Source: a virus
DNA length: 64,000 nucleotides
Reading direction: 5' to 3' (one strand)
Virus record (IMG/VR): IMGVR_UViG_3300020421_003230
Span: 58,233 to 122,232 of that record
Of the stretch, positions 30,412 through 40,266 are shown piece by piece. The number at the start of each line of letters is the position of its first letter. The first letter of the stretch is position 1. Made by a program: the position numbers and the translations under genes. The notes under the pieces are model-generated. The model worked only from the letters and a program-made list of their open reading frames with translations. It was not told where the DNA came from and searched no databases.

Positions 30412-31601
30412 TATCTAAGAGTAAAGGACATTTTCAAACTCTAACCAATAAGATACAACCTGAGGCTTATAGTGGGACGGCATTTATTAATGCATTAAAG
30501 TTTAGTGATGTACAAGTAGAATATGTAACTGAAGATGAATTACATCACGATAGAAGTTATATTTTTTTGATAGAACCACAATGGACTGAAGAAGAACAGA
30601 GGACTGGTTACGAAAATATATTTAAAGGTGCAATCAGAGAAATCCCACAATCAATTAAACAAAAGATTAAAGAGTATAATATAAAAGTTATTATCAGTAC
30701 AATCAACGAGCCTTGGGGATTAGAACCAGCAAATGTTGTTTCACCAAATTTAAAGGATTGTATTAGAGAGGGTGTATCACAGAGTAAATGTTTAATTTTA
30801 GTTGGTAATCATAAAGTTAATGATATAGAATCAAAGGGTATAAAGAAGATAGTAAAAGTAATTAATTATTGGCCATTTCATTACTATAGTCCTGATTGGT
30901 TAAATGAGTTAAATACAAAAAAAATTAATTTAAAAAAACATTTTGTTTGTTTAAATAGAACTATAAAAACACACAGAACTGCATTACTTTTTCATTTATA
31001 TAATCATCAATTATTAGATAATGGATATGTAAGTTTTTATTCTGAAGTAAATGGTTTAGATTATTTTAAACACAAGAATAATTTTGAACCAACATACAAT
31101 TATCCTACAAAAAACCTTAAACAAATTGATAAACTTTTACCATTACGAATTGAAGAAGAAGTTATAAATCCAAATGAGGATAATCCAACATACTTTGGTG
31201 CTGTAAAAAGAATAGAAAAAGTTTTTAGAAGTAGTTTTATGAATGTAGTTACAGAAACATGGACAAGTAATGATTTGTTATTTCTTTCAGAAAAAATATA
31301 TAAACCAATATTTTTAAAACAACCATTTCTTGTAGTTGGTAATCCATATACAATAAAATATTTAAGAGATAATGGGTTTGATGTATTTGATGACATCTTT
31401 GACCATTCATATGATGAAGAACTTAATGAGAACAAAAGATTGGAAATGGTAGTGGGTGAAATAAAAAAGATTTGTGATAAACCACTTGAACATTTAGATG
31501 AATTATTAATTAGTATTGGTGGTAGATTGGAAAAAAATAGAAAACACTTTTTTAGTGTGTATATGAATAAACAAAAAAACCTATTAAGGAGTTTGATATG
31601 A
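30396..31601 (+). CDS. Putative GT10-like glycosyltransferase (2)
   Basis: FVCLNR..HR; MNVVTET..FLSEKIYKP..PFLVVG..GFDVFDD.FDHSYD. Confidence 0.5.
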   Translation: MPVKIISKSKGHFQTLTNKIQPEAYSGTAFINALKFSDVQVEYVTEDELHHDRSYIFLIEPQWTEEEQRTGYENIFKGAIREIPQSIKQKIKEYNIKVIISTINEPWGLEPANVVSPNLKDCIREGVSQSKCLILVGNHKVNDIESKGIKKIVKVINYWPFHYYSPDWLNELNTKKINLKKHFVCLNRTIKTHRTALLFHLYNHQLLDNGYVSFYSEVNGLDYFKHKNNFEPTYNYPTKNLKQIDKLLPLRIEEEVINPNEDNPTYFGAVKRIEKVFRSSFMNVVTETWTSNDLLFLSEKIYKPIFLKQPFLVVGNPYTIKYLRDNGFDVFDDIFDHSYDEELNENKRLEMVVGEIKKICDKPLEHLDELLISIGGRLEKNRKHFFSVYMNKQKNLLRSLI

Positions 31602-33010
31602 TGTTATATGATATAGGGCAACAAGAACTGATGTATCAATGTATTTTTCCTAATAGTGATTTTAAGTTTGATTCGAGATATAAATACAAAATCGTAGATG
31701 TTGATTCTCGTAACTATCTTCAGTTTCCAAAAATTAGCCCACAAGAAAGGTCTGCCTCTATAATCGGTGGTTTACCTGATGATAAATACTTTTGGGAAGA
31801 TTTTTCTGAATCAGTAGTAGATGATTTAAAAAATAATAAAGTGAAAATTATGCTCGCAGACTTTCATGAGTTTGAATTTATGTACATAGAAAAAATATAT
31901 GAGGTATGGGAACATATTCCTGTATGGCTTCGAGATAATATGATATGGGTAACTGCTAATTCTGATGGTAATAATATAATTACCAAGTTAAGTACAAAGT
32001 ATGGTTTACCAAAAATTAATACACTATGGTCTTATGATATGTTATTATGTTTTGCAGCTTTGAAATCAAAAGCTGTAAAACGATGTTATTATAATCTTTA
32101 TTGGAAGCATCCAAAAGAATTAAATAGTAGAGAATTGTTTAGACGATTAAAGGAAACATCATTGGTTGCAGATAGAAATAAAAAATTTACTTTTTTAACT
32201 CGTAGACCAAGAGAACCACGAATAATGTTTTTATCATTATTGAATAATTCTGATTATATAAAAGATGGTTATGTTTCTTGTCCATTAAAGTTCGATGACC
32301 CACACATAATAGATAGAAGTGTATGGGATGATAATTTGCACCTATTACAATTTTGTAATCCAGGTGATAAAACATATCAGTATCATTTCTTTGGTGAAGA
32401 GGTGGTACAAGGAATACATGATGGTGTTCATGATTTATATGATAATAATAAACTTCCCTTAGTTAGAGATACAGAAAAATTTGAGGATTGGGGAGAAACT
32501 AATAACTTAAAAATGATGTGGGAAAACTTTACTGATTCATATGTAAATTTTGTATTTGAAACAGGTTATTTATATGGTGAAAATAATGAAGATAGTTTAC
32601 CAATTACAGAAAAAACATTTAAGGCTATTATTGGTGGTCAGATATTTTTACCTTATGGTTTTTATGGTTCAAATGTTTGGGATAAATTAGAAGAACTTGG
32701 GTTTAAAAGGTTTAGGGGATTAAATTATGATTATGATAAAGTATATCGAGTTGGAGATGACCATCCATATATTAATGATAAGAATCATATTTATTGGTTA
32801 GCTCATAAATATCCTAAAGACCCTAATACCGATTATCATTTACAATTTAATTTATATTGGCAAGAAGCTAATAGATTATTAAGTATGAGTAAAGATGAAT
32901 TAAAACAATTGTGGTTAGATAACAAAGATATAATAGAACATAATTTATATAATATGACACACTTAGAGTATCCAAAAGATTGGGTGTGTAACTATGTGAG
33001 TGCAAAATGA
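31598..33010 (+). CDS. Putative GT10-like glycosyltransferase (3)
   Basis: FTFLTRRPR; YVNFVFET..ITEKTFKAI..LGFKRF. Confidence 0.5.
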   Translation: MMLYDIGQQELMYQCIFPNSDFKFDSRYKYKIVDVDSRNYLQFPKISPQERSASIIGGLPDDKYFWEDFSESVVDDLKNNKVKIMLADFHEFEFMYIEKIYEVWEHIPVWLRDNMIWVTANSDGNNIITKLSTKYGLPKINTLWSYDMLLCFAALKSKAVKRCYYNLYWKHPKELNSRELFRRLKETSLVADRNKKFTFLTRRPREPRIMFLSLLNNSDYIKDGYVSCPLKFDDPHIIDRSVWDDNLHLLQFCNPGDKTYQYHFFGEEVVQGIHDGVHDLYDNNKLPLVRDTEKFEDWGETNNLKMMWENFTDSYVNFVFETGYLYGENNEDSLPITEKTFKAIIGGQIFLPYGFYGSNVWDKLEELGFKRFRGLNYDYDKVYRVGDDHPYINDKNHIYWLAHKYPKDPNTDYHLQFNLYWQEANRLLSMSKDELKQLWLDNKDIIEHNLYNMTHLEYPKDWVCNYVSAK

Positions 33011-33594
33011 CGATACTTTTTGATAACATTAAAGATAATATTTTTACACCTATTGTAAATCATCCTGAATGTAATAAAACAATGAAAATACATAGTGGTG
33101 ATTTAGATTGGTTGCGTGATTTTGGATATATGGAATTTTCTACACTTGATAATGCTATAGAAAAATATGATAAGAATATTAGTTATCTTATCTATTGTGA
33201 TGTAAAGAACAGTGATTATGTATTTGGTAAAATAAGTACAATCTTTGATTATCTTACAACAAAACAAAAAAGATTTTTACATAAAAGAAATGTTGGCATT
33301 TTATTTTCTGAAATACGAGAAGGTTGGAAAGAAGAATATTTAAAAATGATTTATGATTTTTGTGAAAAAACACATTTACCTACCGAGAAAATAAATTATG
33401 CTACAAGTTGTGAAAATATGAAAACATATCTTAGTGATATGGGGTATACAGATTCAGACGATAAACACATTAATATATTGTATCATGAGTATTGGTTTGA
33501 TGATACAAGAAAGTGGTTTAAAAAATATATTGAAGAATCTAATGATTTAGAATCAATGATGATATCAGAGAGGCTTGATAGACATGATGTCTAA
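33007..33594 (+). CDS. Probable N-terminal half of a split GT10-like protein (4a)
   Basis: ILFSEIREG resembles the N-terminal E-G/E-P segment of neighbouring paralogs; lacks the TEK domain. Confidence 0.45.
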   Translation: MTILFDNIKDNIFTPIVNHPECNKTMKIHSGDLDWLRDFGYMEFSTLDNAIEKYDKNISYLIYCDVKNSDYVFGKISTIFDYLTTKQKRFLHKRNVGILFSEIREGWKEEYLKMIYDFCEKTHLPTEKINYATSCENMKTYLSDMGYTDSDDKHINILYHEYWFDDTRKWFKKYIEESNDLESMMISERLDRHDV

Positions 33595-34294
33595 ATTTAC
33601 ATATTTAACATGGAGATTAGTACCTGAGAAAATTCATTTTTTATTTTTGTTAGCACACTATGGTATAAATCCATTTAATCATTTTATTGGTATGCCAATA
33701 GAATCAAATAATGAAAATTTATTTGATGAATATAAAAAAACTTTGAATAGGTTTAATTATAGTAAAGATTTTATTAAAAAACTTGAAGATGGTAAAGAGA
33801 GATTGATATCACAAGGTTGTTTACCTTTACATCCACTTAAGAAATGGGATAATGAAAATGCTAAACGATTAAATATTGATATAGAAAATTCTTCTGAACT
33901 TGCTAGTTATAATTATTCACAACCTGAATACGGATATATGAAGGCTTGTATCAATTCTGATTTTATAATAGTATGGGACTCTACTCATCGTGATGAGAGT
34001 ATTATGTTTACAGAAAAAACTTGGATTCCTATTTTTTGTGGTAAACCTATTTTGTTTATGTACAAATCAAATGCTTTAAAATTATTTAAAAGAAAAGGAT
34101 ATAAATCATGGCCAATGTTATTTGATGAATCATATGATAGTATAATAAATCAAGAAGAGAGAATGGATATGATTGCTAAACAAGTTGTAGAGTTACAATC
34201 TAAAGATAAAAATTATTTTCAACAAGCGGGTGTAAATTGTGAATTAAATAAATTACACTCATGGAGAAGAGGAGTTAAGTGTGAGGTCTTCTAA
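33584..34294 (+). CDS. Probable C-terminal half of a split GT10-like protein (4b)
   Basis: Starts KFTYLTWR; has MFTEKTWIPI..G.P..GYKSWPMLFDESYD; GAGAGG upstream of ATG 33584. Confidence 0.5.
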   Translation: MMSKFTYLTWRLVPEKIHFLFLLAHYGINPFNHFIGMPIESNNENLFDEYKKTLNRFNYSKDFIKKLEDGKERLISQGCLPLHPLKKWDNENAKRLNIDIENSSELASYNYSQPEYGYMKACINSDFIIVWDSTHRDESIMFTEKTWIPIFCGKPILFMYKSNALKLFKRKGYKSWPMLFDESYDSIINQEERMDMIAKQVVELQSKDKNYFQQAGVNCELNKLHSWRRGVKCEVF

Positions 34295-35204
34295 ACCAGA
34301 GCCACCATATATCATAGCAAATAATTTATTATCTAAACATAGAAATATGGAAGAGCCAATATTTTTTGAGGGTGAGTGTGAAGAGGTAAAACAAAAACTA
34401 AAAGAAAATAAAATGTTAAATAAGGCTGGTTCTATTATTTGTATTGATGGTAACAAGAACATACATGAAATAGTTAGTAAGTATGGTTGGTTTGGGTACT
34501 ATTATCCATATTGGTTACTAAGAGCACAAAGAGAAAGGAAGTATCATTTAAAAACAAAACTATCACTTGAAAAACATTTTACTTGTTTAAATGGAAATCC
34601 ATGGCCAGGTAGATTGAGATTGTTATCAAGGTTGTATGAAGAGAATTTATTAGATGATTGTTTTTGGACATTAAATAATTTTCCACAAGTAGATATGTTA
34701 GGGCAAGTAGAAATTAATGATGAATTTTTAAAGTTACTACCTAAGAGTTGGGATGGTAGAGAATTTAAAAATAAAAGTATAAAAGGTTTTGGTGATGGTG
34801 GTTATTTTTCCATACCAGATTTTAATGGAAGAGATATATCTTTGTTTAGAAAATCAGTTGTTAATATAATTGTAGAAACTGATTTTTATTCACCAGAAGA
34901 AGATGATATATTTTTGACGGGTAAACTTTCAAAAACGATAGCAATGAAGATGCCTTTTTTACTATTATGTAGTAATAGTGGTAATACATATTCTATTTTA
35001 AACTCATTAGGATTTGAATCGTTTGGTAATGTATGGCCAGAAGATTACATGAGGTGTACAACACCTGAAACTCAAATTGAATCTATGATAGAAACGATGA
35101 GATGTATTTTACTTATGGGTAAACAAGAATTGATTGAAAAAACTACAGAGGTGTGTAATCACAATTATGAAGTTTTAATGAATATGAAAAAGGATTTGAT
35201 ATAA
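34281..35204 (+). CDS. Putative GT10-like glycosyltransferase (5)
   Basis: FTCLNG..GR; VNIIVET..FLTGKLSK (E-to-G change)..LGFESF. Confidence 0.45.
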   Translation: MRSSKPEPPYIIANNLLSKHRNMEEPIFFEGECEEVKQKLKENKMLNKAGSIICIDGNKNIHEIVSKYGWFGYYYPYWLLRAQRERKYHLKTKLSLEKHFTCLNGNPWPGRLRLLSRLYEENLLDDCFWTLNNFPQVDMLGQVEINDEFLKLLPKSWDGREFKNKSIKGFGDGGYFSIPDFNGRDISLFRKSVVNIIVETDFYSPEEDDIFLTGKLSKTIAMKMPFLLLCSNSGNTYSILNSLGFESFGNVWPEDYMRCTTPETQIESMIETMRCILLMGKQELIEKTTEVCNHNYEVLMNMKKDLI

Positions 35205-36373
35205 TGAATAAGTATTTAGTTATATTTACAGAAGAACATTTTGAACATACAGAGTTTGAAAAAGATTATAAAGTTACACCTTACTATACTATTGATGCGG
35301 TTGGTAATAAATCAAAGAAAAATTTAGATGAGTATGTGGGTTATAAATCGATTGTATTTTATAATAGGTTTGAGGGATTATCATATGTTGTAAGGAAGTT
35401 GGGTTCTTTAGTACCATTACAAAAATATGAATACGGTTACATTGTATTTGCTACATTGAGTGTAATGTTTGATGATTGTGGATATGAAAAGTTTGTGAAA
35501 AAACCATTTAACTTTTTACACTTAACCATTTCACATTTTTGGGAATATAAATTAAATATTACAGCGTATGATTCATATCGACCTCAGTTTCCAACCGTAT
35601 ATCATAAAATGAAAAAATATAATTATTCAATGATGTTGGGTAATCCAAGTCCACCACGAGCCGCCTTATATTTTAATATGAAACAGCAAGGATTATTAAA
35701 AGATGGATTAGTAAGTTTTAACAATACACGAGGTGGATGGATGAATGAAGATGATATTGTATTTTTTAATGAGAAAGATAGAGAACATTTTTTACCAACA
35801 GAAAATATACCTATGAAATATGGTAAATGGAGATTTGATGAAGTAACAGGTAATTCACCAGAAGACCCAAACTTTACACCAGCGATAGTTGGATATGATA
35901 TAGAAACTTTTGTTAAATCATTTTTTGGTGTAGTGTGTGAATCGTTTGATATCGATTACACCTATGGAACTTTAGTGTGTGAGAAAACATTTGCTTACAT
36001 TGCTAACGGATTACCATTTATAGTATTTGGTGATAAGGGTGTGATTGAATTGGTAAGAAATTATGGATACGATGTGTTTGATGATATCATTGACCATAGT
36101 TACGATAAGATTGAAGATTATGTTGATAGAGGTAAAGCTGTTGTAGAATCTGTTAAGAAGGCCAATGATTTGGATTGGGAAAAAACTTTACCAAAGATTA
36201 AAGATAGATTATTAAATAATATTAATTTATATAAAGTAAAGAGAGATACATTTAATTTTGAATTAGAACAGGTGTATAAGTTAGATGGTAGAAAACGAGA
36301 AGACCATTATCTTTTAACTCAATTTAATAAATTGGATAATCATCATCGTACAGGAAATATAACTGATGTTTAA
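35204..36373 (+). CDS. Putative GT10-like glycosyltransferase (6)
   Basis: FGVVCES..VCEKTF..PFIVFG..GYDVFDDIIDHSYD. Confidence 0.5.
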   Translation: MNKYLVIFTEEHFEHTEFEKDYKVTPYYTIDAVGNKSKKNLDEYVGYKSIVFYNRFEGLSYVVRKLGSLVPLQKYEYGYIVFATLSVMFDDCGYEKFVKKPFNFLHLTISHFWEYKLNITAYDSYRPQFPTVYHKMKKYNYSMMLGNPSPPRAALYFNMKQQGLLKDGLVSFNNTRGGWMNEDDIVFFNEKDREHFLPTENIPMKYGKWRFDEVTGNSPEDPNFTPAIVGYDIETFVKSFFGVVCESFDIDYTYGTLVCEKTFAYIANGLPFIVFGDKGVIELVRNYGYDVFDDIIDHSYDKIEDYVDRGKAVVESVKKANDLDWEKTLPKIKDRLLNNINLYKVKRDTFNFELEQVYKLDGRKREDHYLLTQFNKLDNHHRTGNITDV

Positions 36374-37343
36374 TCGCTTATATAAACACATAACTGGTTT
36401 TGGTTGGGATAGGTATTTTAAAAATATTAATTGTTATTATGTACCATTATACATGGAACCTGAAGATTTAAAAAAAGAAATAACTATTGATATTGTTAAT
36501 GATATAAAAAATAATAAATCAATATTTGTTTTTGATTATACAGGTGAGGGATGTGATGGCATTGAGTATGTAGAGTTATTGTTAAAAACACTTAGTGAGT
36601 TAGGATTAAATAAAAATGATTTAAGTAACTCTACTTTACTTACAAGCAACATGGGTTCTACTTTTAGTAGAAATTGGCCTGGCCTTCACATTGGAGTTGA
36701 TATGTATATGTGGGGAAGTGGATGGAGAAGTTCCGAGTACACACCAATAGTAGATAAAAAACCATACAGATTTATTTGTTTAAATAATAGTGATAAGAAA
36801 CATAAAAATTTTATTATAAATCACTTAGATGAAAATTACAATGAACAAGGAATAATTACTTATTTATCAAAGGGTAGAACTTCTTTTGTTGATGATGGTA
36901 ACTTAGATGATATGGATAAACTACAATCTAAGTTTTATGATAATGTATATTTTTCTGTTAGAAATACTGCTCTATTTTATGAAGATGATTCTATATTTAT
37001 TTGTGAGAAGTTATTACAAGATATAAATGGACAAGTACCTTTTATAGCAGTTTCAACACCTTACACTTTACAACATTTAAGAAATAATGGATATGAAACT
37101 TTTCCTGAATTATTTGATGAAAGTTATGATACCATTTTAAATCATGATGAAAGAATGGAATTCATATTAAAAGAAATTGACAGGGTTATGAAGATGAGTG
37201 ATGAAGAGTTATATAGTAAAATAGTTTCTATGAAAGATAAGTTAAAAAGAAATTACGAAAAATTAATGAGTGATATCTCTTCAATAAATTACAATAAAAT
37301 ATTTAGTGAAATAACAAAAAGGATAATTGAACATGCAAATTAA
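36366..37343 (+). CDS. Putative GT10-like glycosyltransferase (7)
   Basis: FICLNN..KHK; FICEK..PFIAV..GYETFPELFDESYD. Confidence 0.5.
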   Translation: MFNRLYKHITGFGWDRYFKNINCYYVPLYMEPEDLKKEITIDIVNDIKNNKSIFVFDYTGEGCDGIEYVELLLKTLSELGLNKNDLSNSTLLTSNMGSTFSRNWPGLHIGVDMYMWGSGWRSSEYTPIVDKKPYRFICLNNSDKKHKNFIINHLDENYNEQGIITYLSKGRTSFVDDGNLDDMDKLQSKFYDNVYFSVRNTALFYEDDSIFICEKLLQDINGQVPFIAVSTPYTLQHLRNNGYETFPELFDESYDTILNHDERMEFILKEIDRVMKMSDEELYSKIVSMKDKLKRNYEKLMSDISSINYNKIFSEITKRIIEHAN

Positions 37344-38406
37344 TTCACACAATCATTGGGATACTTTAAAGACTGTAATACTTGGAAGTGTTGAATATGC
37401 CAAGATACCTAAGTTTGATAAATCTACATGGGCTGTAAACTATGTTGATGGTAGAACATATGAAGAGTTTTTATCAGATACTAAGTTACCATATGATACA
37501 AGATATCCTGATTGGGTTTATGAAACTGATAAAGAAGATTTAGATAACTTTGAAAAGATTTTAAAAGATATGGGAGTAGAAGTTTTACGACCAGAACCTT
37601 TTGATACATCAACAACAATATCAAATGGATTATGGGAACAAAGTGGTTACGAGTATAGATGTCCAAGAGATTCTGTTCTTGTAGTTGGTAATAAAGTTAT
37701 AGAATGTGCCATGTCATTGAGAGCAAGATACTTTGAAACATATGGTTACAGAAAAATATTTATGAACTATTTTGATAAGGGTGTTAACTTTGATTGGATA
37801 ACACCACCTAAACCATTATTATCTGATAATGCTTACGATGAGAATTGTGGTAAGAAACCAAGTTTACTCGATACTGAAATATTATTTGATGCTGCTAATG
37901 TATTAAGATGTGGTACAGATTTATTTTTTCAAATATCTAATTCAGGTAATATGAAAGGATTAAAGTGGTTACAACAAATATTGGGTAGTGATTACAATGT
38001 ACATCCTGTAGTGGATACATATAACTATACACATTTGGATTCTACAATACTTGGATTAAAACCAGGTTGTTTGTTAGTGAATCGTGCCAGATTAAAATCA
38101 CGAGAAAACTTACCAAAGTTATTACAATCATGGGATTTGATTTGGATTGAAGATGAAGATATTATTGATATACCAACACTTGACAATTATGCTCCAGCTT
38201 CAATTTATAATGCACTGAATGTAATGAGTTATGACCAATCTACGGTATTTGTTGAATCTACTCAAACTAAGATTATTAAAAAACTTGAAAGGGGTGGGTT
38301 TGATTGTATACCAGTTCCACTTAGACATACAAGAACATTGGCGGGTGGGCCACATTGTGTTACAGCAGATTTACACCGAGAAAGTAAACTTGAGAGTTAT
38401 TTCTAA
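37333..38406 (+). CDS. Amidinotransferase (AGAT/StrB1-like pentein)
   Basis: NSHNHWDTLKTVILG, CPRDSVLVVG, FDAANV, HLDST, GGPHCVT (Asp-His-Cys catalytic set). Confidence 0.88.
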   Translation: MQINSHNHWDTLKTVILGSVEYAKIPKFDKSTWAVNYVDGRTYEEFLSDTKLPYDTRYPDWVYETDKEDLDNFEKILKDMGVEVLRPEPFDTSTTISNGLWEQSGYEYRCPRDSVLVVGNKVIECAMSLRARYFETYGYRKIFMNYFDKGVNFDWITPPKPLLSDNAYDENCGKKPSLLDTEILFDAANVLRCGTDLFFQISNSGNMKGLKWLQQILGSDYNVHPVVDTYNYTHLDSTILGLKPGCLLVNRARLKSRENLPKLLQSWDLIWIEDEDIIDIPTLDNYAPASIYNALNVMSYDQSTVFVESTQTKIIKKLERGGFDCIPVPLRHTRTLAGGPHCVTADLHRESKLESYF

Positions 38407-39470
38407 TGAAAGTTTATTTAGATAAATTGGAAGAGGATTATCAAAACAAAGAATTAAATATCCATATATTTCCAAGTGTAGCTTCACATTTACTTTTCAA
38501 TAAATTTAATAAACTTCATGTAGAACATTTAACAACAGGTCCTGGTTGGTTATGGCATAAGTATGATGGATATGATATATCGAGAGAAGAACCAGATTTG
38601 GTTTGTTTTAATATTACAGAAATATATAGAACAGACCCAAGTGAGTGGGGAGAGTTAACTGAACAGATAGTGAAGTTTATTGAAAGTGGTGTTAAGAAAA
38701 TTATATTTATGAACTCAGAGCATACTACTAATAATACTTGGGATTATGCACCTAATGATTCTTTATTACGCTTAGATGAATTAGTATATGAAAAAGTAGG
38801 TGATACTGATAGAGTATTATTTATAATTAATAATATTGATGATATACCTTTAAAGTGTAACTATATTAAATTTTCACCTTATTTATTTAATTGGAATATT
38901 AAACAAAAGTATGTTCCCAATAATTTAATTGGTTCTATATATGAACATCTACATGCAAATAAAAGAAAACATTTTTTATCGTATAATAATCATGGAAGTG
39001 ATAGGCAGGATGAGTTGTTATCATTTGTAAATAATCATCATATAAAGAATGATGTTTATATATCATATTTAAAAAAAGGAATATATTTAGATTTTACCAA
39101 TGAGGAATTTGAGTTAGCAACACCATGGCAGTTTAACTTTCAAAATAAACATCATTACTTAGATTCTTATTTTTCTGTAGTAAGAGAAACTGATAACCAT
39201 GCGATAACAGAAAAAACTTTTAAACCTATGATAAACTTTCATCCATTTATTTATAATTTAGAAGAGGAAAGAAATAAAATGTATATAGATACTTTAGAAA
39301 AAATGGGGTTTAAAACTTTCGATAAATATTTTCAAGGTAATAATCGTTTTGAAAGAATTGAATATTTTTTATCTATTCAAGATAAAAATAAATGGTTTGA
39401 AGAGTTAACAAATACATTGGTTTATAATCACCACAGAATTTTAAATTTTAAAATGGGGGATATATTATAA
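38406..39470 (+). CDS. Putative GT10-like glycosyltransferase (8)
   Basis: HFLSYN; YFSVVRET..ITEKTFKPM..PFI..GFKTFD. Confidence 0.5.
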   Translation: MKVYLDKLEEDYQNKELNIHIFPSVASHLLFNKFNKLHVEHLTTGPGWLWHKYDGYDISREEPDLVCFNITEIYRTDPSEWGELTEQIVKFIESGVKKIIFMNSEHTTNNTWDYAPNDSLLRLDELVYEKVGDTDRVLFIINNIDDIPLKCNYIKFSPYLFNWNIKQKYVPNNLIGSIYEHLHANKRKHFLSYNNHGSDRQDELLSFVNNHHIKNDVYISYLKKGIYLDFTNEEFELATPWQFNFQNKHHYLDSYFSVVRETDNHAITEKTFKPMINFHPFIYNLEEERNKMYIDTLEKMGFKTFDKYFQGNNRFERIEYFLSIQDKNKWFEELTNTLVYNHHRILNFKMGDIL

Positions 39471-39496
39471 AAAATATTTTGTATAAAAGCATAAAA

Positions 39497-39510
39497 TATT
39501 TATATTTATA
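39497..39510 (+). promoter_or_regulatory. Two overlapping TATTTATA motifs
   Basis: 39497-39504 and 39503-39510, in the only sizeable gap inside the island. Confidence 0.55.
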
Positions 39511-39524
39511 GTAAATGAACATTA

Positions 39525-39566
39525 TGTGAGCACATTAGTGTGGTAGGACACCCTATCCCACTCACA
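39525..39566 (+). other. GC-rich putative structured RNA leader element
   Basis: TGTGAG/CTCACA closing stem enclosing CACA-TTAG-TGTG and GTAGG-ACAC-CCTAT hairpins; no U-tract follows. Confidence 0.4.
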
Positions 39567-39585
39567 GGAAGAATATCGAGATAGT

Positions 39586-40266
39586 ATGGAATTTTTAAAC
39601 AAACATTCGTTTGATACGAGTGAGTATAAATTTAAGGAGCTCTTAGAGTCTTACTTTGGTTGTAGGTTAGAGAAACTACACGAACACATAGATTTGCCTA
39701 AGATACTACCACCAGACCATACAATATGGGATGATGCTTATAAATTTATTGTAAATGATAAAGAGTTTCTTGATACTTGGTATTCTTTCATTGAAAATGT
39801 AATAAAACCAATATTGGGTGAAGATACAATTGTTTTACAAAAACTACCAAGTATAAAATTTCATCCACCAAAAACCACTTATCAATATTTACTCAAAAAA
39901 TCAAATTGGCACCGAGATGGTGAATCACCTTACTTACATCCTAAATTTGAAACTAATTTGTGGATGCCTTTAATGGATATAGATGAACACAATGCTATGT
40001 ATTGTTTACATGAGAGAGAAAAGAAACCACAATTGTTAAAGTATGGGGAGATATTACATTTTAGTGGTAACACAATGTATCATGGTTCTAAAGAATATTC
40101 AAATTCAAAAAATACACGAGTTAGTTTAGATTTTAGAGGTTGTAAGTTCTCTGATTATAATGTTGATTTAATGAAACCAATTCCAATATATAGTCATTTT
40201 ACAAAAGATAAACCAAAGTTACAAAATGAGTGGTTTACGATAGGGAACTATTATGAAAAATTTTGA
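39586..40266 (+). CDS. 2OG-Fe(II)/PhyH-like oxygenase (StrG-like)
   Basis: WHRD...NLWMPL...HG...TRVSLDFR (HxD...H...R). Confidence 0.7.
   Translation: MEFLNKHSFDTSEYKFKELLESYFGCRLEKLHEHIDLPKILPPDHTIWDDAYKFIVNDKEFLDTWYSFIENVIKPILGEDTIVLQKLPSIKFHPPKTTYQYLLKKSNWHRDGESPYLHPKFETNLWMPLMDIDEHNAMYCLHEREKKPQLLKYGEILHFSGNTMYHGSKEYSNSKNTRVSLDFRGCKFSDYNVDLMKPIPIYSHFTKDKPKLQNEWFTIGNYYEKF

Noticed and set aside
39525-39566. Hairpin as an intrinsic terminator or tRNA
   Set aside because: No poly-U tail on either strand; too short and lacks D- and T-loop consensus
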